A stretch of DNA of 64,000 bases from Planctomycetota bacterium. Its GTDB lineage: Bacteria; Planctomycetota; PLA2; JAEUHO01. Under the pieces are notes generated by a model. That model worked only from the letters and a program-made list of their open reading frames with translations, was not told the origin of the DNA and searched no databases. The stretch is from contig CBDCTJ010000001.1 in NCBI GenBank assembly GCA_965222115.1, positions 384,001 to 448,000 on the forward strand, in the 5' to 3' direction. The position numbers and the translations under genes were made by a program. Shown here in pieces: positions 60,077 to 64,000 of this stretch. How positions within the stretch are numbered: position 1 is the first letter of the stretch; every line of letters begins with the position of its first letter.

Positions 60077-60514
60077 TTATAGTTCCGCGAGGATGGAGTT
60101 GAGCACGGTGGGCGAAGAGAGAATGCCCGCGTAGCGACGCGTGGGGCCGGTGATGGACTTATCCGAGCGTTCGATTTCGTCTGGCTTGGAAAGTCCTACA
60201 AGAAAAATCGGCAACTGCCGCGTGGCACGGTCGGCGCGCAATTGCGAAGCGGTGTGCCGACCGCGATCGGGCTCTTGTTGCATGTCAATGATGATGATGT
60301 CGGGACGAAACTCACGCAGGTTCATGGCGAGCTCGTTGCTTGTGGCAGCCGTGCGAATCTCATGTCCCGCCTGGGAAATGGCCTCCACCGCGACGGCTTG
60401 GCGCTCGGGGTCGGCGTTCAAGATCCACACTTTGCGAGAAATGATGGGCTTCTGCGTTTCGCGCACGGAGCTCACGGGTGCGCCGGGTACCACGCCCTTG
60501 GATTCATCAGACAT
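60077..60514 (-). CDS. Stand-alone atypical receiver-domain protein
   Basis: RPDIIIIDM...LRADRATRQLPIF is REC-like, but the acidic pocket and conserved Lys appear degenerate. Confidence 0.7.
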   Translation of the reverse strand: MSDESKGVVPGAPVSSVRETQKPIISRKVWILNADPERQAVAVEAISQAGHEIRTAATSNELAMNLREFRPDIIIIDMQQEPDRGRHTASQLRADRATRQLPIFLVGLSKPDEIERSDKSITGPTRRYAGILSSPTVLNSILAEL

Positions 60515-60625
60515 ATGCGCTCCCTATGCATGGATTCGCGACGGATAAGCGCGCCATGGTAGCGAGTAGAGAAGCACGCATTGAGCCAATGCCGAGGGAT
60601 GAATCGCGCGCAAGTCGATCGGAAA

Positions 60626-62845
60626 CTAGCGCCTGCCCTCGCTGCGGACGAGATCTCGCCAGGGCTTGGGGACCACCGACGTGGGAATGGCGAGGCCCAA
60701 CACGCCACCCGACCCGAGTGTGGCGGCGGGGACACCGACCAAGCGATAGGCCTCATCGAGCAGCGCGCCCCCACTGTGGCCGAGGCCAATCCATGCGTCG
60801 GTCTTGATCCAGCGCGGTACACGTCGGCGCGCCTCGAGCCCCGCCACACTGCCTTTGGTCAAAATCAGCGGCGTGCGGACCCGTTCGGACCCCTCCGTGG
60901 GATAGCCCAGGACGTAGACCGCATCGCCAATGCTCACGGTGGAAGAATCGCCGAGCGGAATCCACGGCAGCTTCAAGCGCGGATCCACCTTGCGGCCAAA
61001 AACATCGGCAACGATTTCGATGAGCGCTAAATCTAGCGCGTCGTCTTCGAAACGCACACGCGCAACGAACGACTGCGTGGGCGGCGCGTCCATGCGCGAG
61101 GGAAACGCCACCAATATGTTGTCGCGCTGAATCGGGCCGCCTTTGTGTTCAAGCTCTAAGACATGGCGACACGTCAAGATCAAACCGTTCGGCGATACGC
61201 ACGTTCCACTGCCACCCGAATCACCGCGCACCGTGAGCTCAACCGCCGCAGCGGCCGCACGCGTCAACGGCGTTGTTGCGCGGAGCAACGGCGGCCACAC
61301 CATTTCCTTCGGGGGCGCGGGCGGATTGTTAAACGAGAGTGCAATGCGAAAGTCGATTGTGGGTTCGTGCAGATCCCGGCTGATCACACCCAGGAGGTAA
61401 CCTCGCTCCGACGTAGGCGGACGCGTAAAGACAACATCCAAGCGATCGTCAACGCGAGGCCCCAACGCGCGATGCGCAATGCTCCCATCATCGGGACGCA
61501 ACATGACAAGATCGAGAGGCCCGGTCGAACCCATCAACACCGCGTGCATGGAACGTGAGCCGGGCGGCACATTGATGCGATACCAACGCACGCCACGACG
61601 CCTTGACGACACTTGACCGCGCAGCCACGCGCCACTCTTCAAGACCTCGGGCAATGTCTCACCCCAGGTGCCGCGACCGTGCGTGGGATCAAAATGCATG
61701 CAGCGAACGGTTACAACGGCCGCCTTGTCGGCATCCACCAACTGAACGCGACAGTAATGAGGCTTGGGGGGCAATGGTTTGAGCCCGCCCACCACCAACC
61801 GCTCGTGAAACGCGCTACTAATCGCCATATAGTCGGCGTCCATATCACCGCGCTTGACGACGCGGCCTCGCCGCACAAACACGTCGACATCGGCCTCCTT
61901 GTCATTGATCACGTCAATCACAAGCCCACCGGCACCTTCGATTGCGGGGATTTCTACGGTGCGTGCCGCGGCCGCACCGGGTCCACCCAGCACAAACGAA
62001 AGCGATGAGCCCGGCATCAACGTGGGCGTACTTTCGTCCAGTGGATCGCCGCTGGCACCCCCGTCGAGTCGAACTTGAACGCGGATCGACGCGGGGAGTT
62101 CCTGCTCCGTGTCGGTAGAGAAATCCAGTAGGTAGACGCCACCTGGATGATCCCCCCCATCGAGTAACAATCGCTTGGTGCAGATACCGCTGCGCTTCGT
62201 GTTCTTCGGTCCCTTTAACTCAAACGCCAAGCCCGCACTGGGAAGCCCCGTAAACTCCAACGACAACCTTCGTTTGTGACTGGGCAAGAATGTGCGAATG
62301 GTAGGGAATCCGCCCGAGTCAAGTCGCGACACGCGCATGGATTGCCCCGCAACAATGGTCGGACTGCCATTGGCGACATCCAGGAGCGTGGCAATTTCAA
62401 AGTGACACGCACGTTTGGCCTGGTCTTCGTCGCGGGCAATCACAAGATGCCAATCACCCGGTTCCAACGACACATCACCGTCAGGCGTCAACCGAATGGC
62501 CATTGCGCACGACGGCACGGTTCGAGTGAGATGCGCCTCGCGCGCAAAGTCGGCTTCAAAGGCCGCGCCGTGCCGCACATAGAGTTTGAGCGTTGCGTCG
62601 GCACACACAACCAACGACATGGCACGCCCGTTCTTGGGAACTGTGATGCGACCGCGCCAGACCGTGTCGCCGGGAGCCAACGTCACGGCGCGATGCGTTC
62701 CATCTTCAAGTGTTTGCGATGGTTCTGCCGACGCATTGGGCAGCGGCAAAGCGAGATATAACGCATACGCCAGAAGCCAGACGCGCCACTCGAATCGGGG
62801 CCAACGACAAGGTGCACATGGGGATGGGTGGGAGCGGCCGCGCAT
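60626..62845 (-). CDS. Secreted trypsin-like serine protease with N-terminal PPC-type repeats
   Basis: Catalytic triad LTCRHV / LDLALI / GHSGGAL; repeated D(L/V)D(L/V)(Y/F)VR-type PPC domains; signal peptide ending PNASA. Confidence 0.8.
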   Translation of the reverse strand: MRGRSHPSPCAPCRWPRFEWRVWLLAYALYLALPLPNASAEPSQTLEDGTHRAVTLAPGDTVWRGRITVPKNGRAMSLVVCADATLKLYVRHGAAFEADFAREAHLTRTVPSCAMAIRLTPDGDVSLEPGDWHLVIARDEDQAKRACHFEIATLLDVANGSPTIVAGQSMRVSRLDSGGFPTIRTFLPSHKRRLSLEFTGLPSAGLAFELKGPKNTKRSGICTKRLLLDGGDHPGGVYLLDFSTDTEQELPASIRVQVRLDGGASGDPLDESTPTLMPGSSLSFVLGGPGAAAARTVEIPAIEGAGGLVIDVINDKEADVDVFVRRGRVVKRGDMDADYMAISSAFHERLVVGGLKPLPPKPHYCRVQLVDADKAAVVTVRCMHFDPTHGRGTWGETLPEVLKSGAWLRGQVSSRRRGVRWYRINVPPGSRSMHAVLMGSTGPLDLVMLRPDDGSIAHRALGPRVDDRLDVVFTRPPTSERGYLLGVISRDLHEPTIDFRIALSFNNPPAPPKEMVWPPLLRATTPLTRAAAAAVELTVRGDSGGSGTCVSPNGLILTCRHVLELEHKGGPIQRDNILVAFPSRMDAPPTQSFVARVRFEDDALDLALIEIVADVFGRKVDPRLKLPWIPLGDSSTVSIGDAVYVLGYPTEGSERVRTPLILTKGSVAGLEARRRVPRWIKTDAWIGLGHSGGALLDEAYRLVGVPAATLGSGGVLGLAIPTSVVPKPWRDLVRSEGRR

Positions 62846-62986
62846 GACGCCCTTTCGTATCCGGAGAGTCGGGCGCAGGCCAAAAAGAGGGCCGCGACCC
62901 CGGGTAGATGTCACGATAGCCGCTCGGCGTATTCGCCGCGACAGGCGATTTTTAGAACATCCGTATTCGGAGTCGAGGAGCATCCC

Positions 62987-63796
62987 ATGGATAAGTTTCT
63001 GCCCATGTTGTTGAGTGCCGTACTTGGCGGCGCCGTCGGTGGTGGACTGGTCCACGTCTTGGGTCCCGGAGCCGACGCCGATACGCGTGCAACCGCCGCC
63101 ATTGGCGATCTGGCGCTAACGGACGCCCAGATCGAAACGCTCTACGGGCAGATGGAGGCCCATCGTCGCAAGGTTGCGGAGGGGGACAACGCAACGCTTT
63201 CCGCGCCCAAAGGCAACGAGATGTTGACCGCTCCCCCCGCTCTGACCGACGCGCAAATGGACGCTTTGATCGCGCGCCACCAAGCCAAGCTGGAGGCAAG
63301 CACCAAGAAGATGATCGAGGACCAAGTGAAAGAGGCCGTGGCTTCGGCAAGCGACGGCGAGCGTCCACGTCGATCGCGGCGACCGCGTCGCCAACGGAAG
63401 TCGCTTGCCGACGCCGCTGCAGAGCTTCAGCTTTCATCAGCCGAAGAGCAGGCGCTTCGTGACCACTACGAGAACATCACCAACAAGGCGCTCGGCATGC
63501 TTGTCGTCGAAGGCGAAACCATTGAAGATGTTCGGCGCGAGCTGGAGGCGGCGAAAGACGACCCTACCAAGCGCATGAATCTGATTCCCAAGTACATGGG
63601 TCGCGTGATCCCAGCCAAGATTGGCGAATTCATCGCCCTAGAAGGTGAGCGTAGAAAGGGTGTCGTCGATGCCGTGGGCAAGGAAAAGGCACGCGAGATC
63701 GAGAGCAAATACACCATCGAGGAATCCGATCCATTCAACATGCGTGGCGGGGGATTCAGCATGCGAGCCGATTTTGAAGAGCCGACGGGGCGTTAG
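62987..63796 (+). CDS. Hypothetical membrane-anchored helical protein (paralogue-like to 24214..25137)
   Basis: GAGGAG RBS before MDKFLP; TM helix, coiled coil and helical C-domain. Confidence 0.7.
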   Translation: MDKFLPMLLSAVLGGAVGGGLVHVLGPGADADTRATAAIGDLALTDAQIETLYGQMEAHRRKVAEGDNATLSAPKGNEMLTAPPALTDAQMDALIARHQAKLEASTKKMIEDQVKEAVASASDGERPRRSRRPRRQRKSLADAAAELQLSSAEEQALRDHYENITNKALGMLVVEGETIEDVRRELEAAKDDPTKRMNLIPKYMGRVIPAKIGEFIALEGERRKGVVDAVGKEKAREIESKYTIEESDPFNMRGGGFSMRADFEEPTGR

Positions 63797-63805
63797 CGGT
63801 CGCCT

Positions 63806-64000
63806 ATGAGCATGCCTAACGACGACTCGCAGTCAGGCGCGCCTACCGTCCACGCCCTGTTGGTATGTCGCAACGTATCGTCGAATGATGCCGGTGAACT
63901 GTCACTCGCCGACATCGTAGAAGTTGTCGTCGCAAAGGAACTGCCGGGTGAGATCGGGCCACTTGTGTTTGTTGCACTCGTTCGCGGACTTCCGCCGGGT
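63806..64000 (+). CDS. Hypothetical protein, partial (runs off window)
   Basis: Open frame MSMPNDDSQSGAPTVHALLVCRNV...FVALVRGLPPG to the window end. Confidence 0.6.
   Translation, partial: MSMPNDDSQSGAPTVHALLVCRNVSSNDAGELSLADIVEVVVAKELPGEIGPLVFVALVRGLPPG

Overview
This is a GC-rich (roughly 60%, by eye), gene-dense bacterial chromosomal segment. It is most likely from an uncultured Planctomycetota lineage (inference from an ECF sigma/Ser-Thr kinase pair, a HEAT protein with an HGGQYRG N-terminus, alpha2-type GlyRS, an orphan FliA and many secreted hypotheticals). Housekeeping genes include kdsA, lysA, glyQS, pyrG, kdsB, rluD, mce plus a biotin-dependent acyl-CoA carboxylase operon, pdxH, ispH and fumC. 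They are interleaved with many envelope and signalling genes. I saw no rRNA, tRNA, CRISPR array, transposase or prophage. The best leads are: (1) a sigma54 two-component system followed by a palindromic enhancer-like site, a GG-N10-GC promoter and a secreted poly-proline protein, then a TPR protein and a pseudo-metallopeptidase; (2) a 180-bp fully fold-back MITE-like element bounded by CTAG; (3) a Ser/Thr kinase next to an ECF sigma broken by an apparent small deletion; (4) unusual fusions (NUDIX-CMD, PQQ dehydrogenase-dihaem cytochrome, PelA/GH114-like-Fn3 lipoprotein). All family assignments come from motif recognition by eye; no database search was run.
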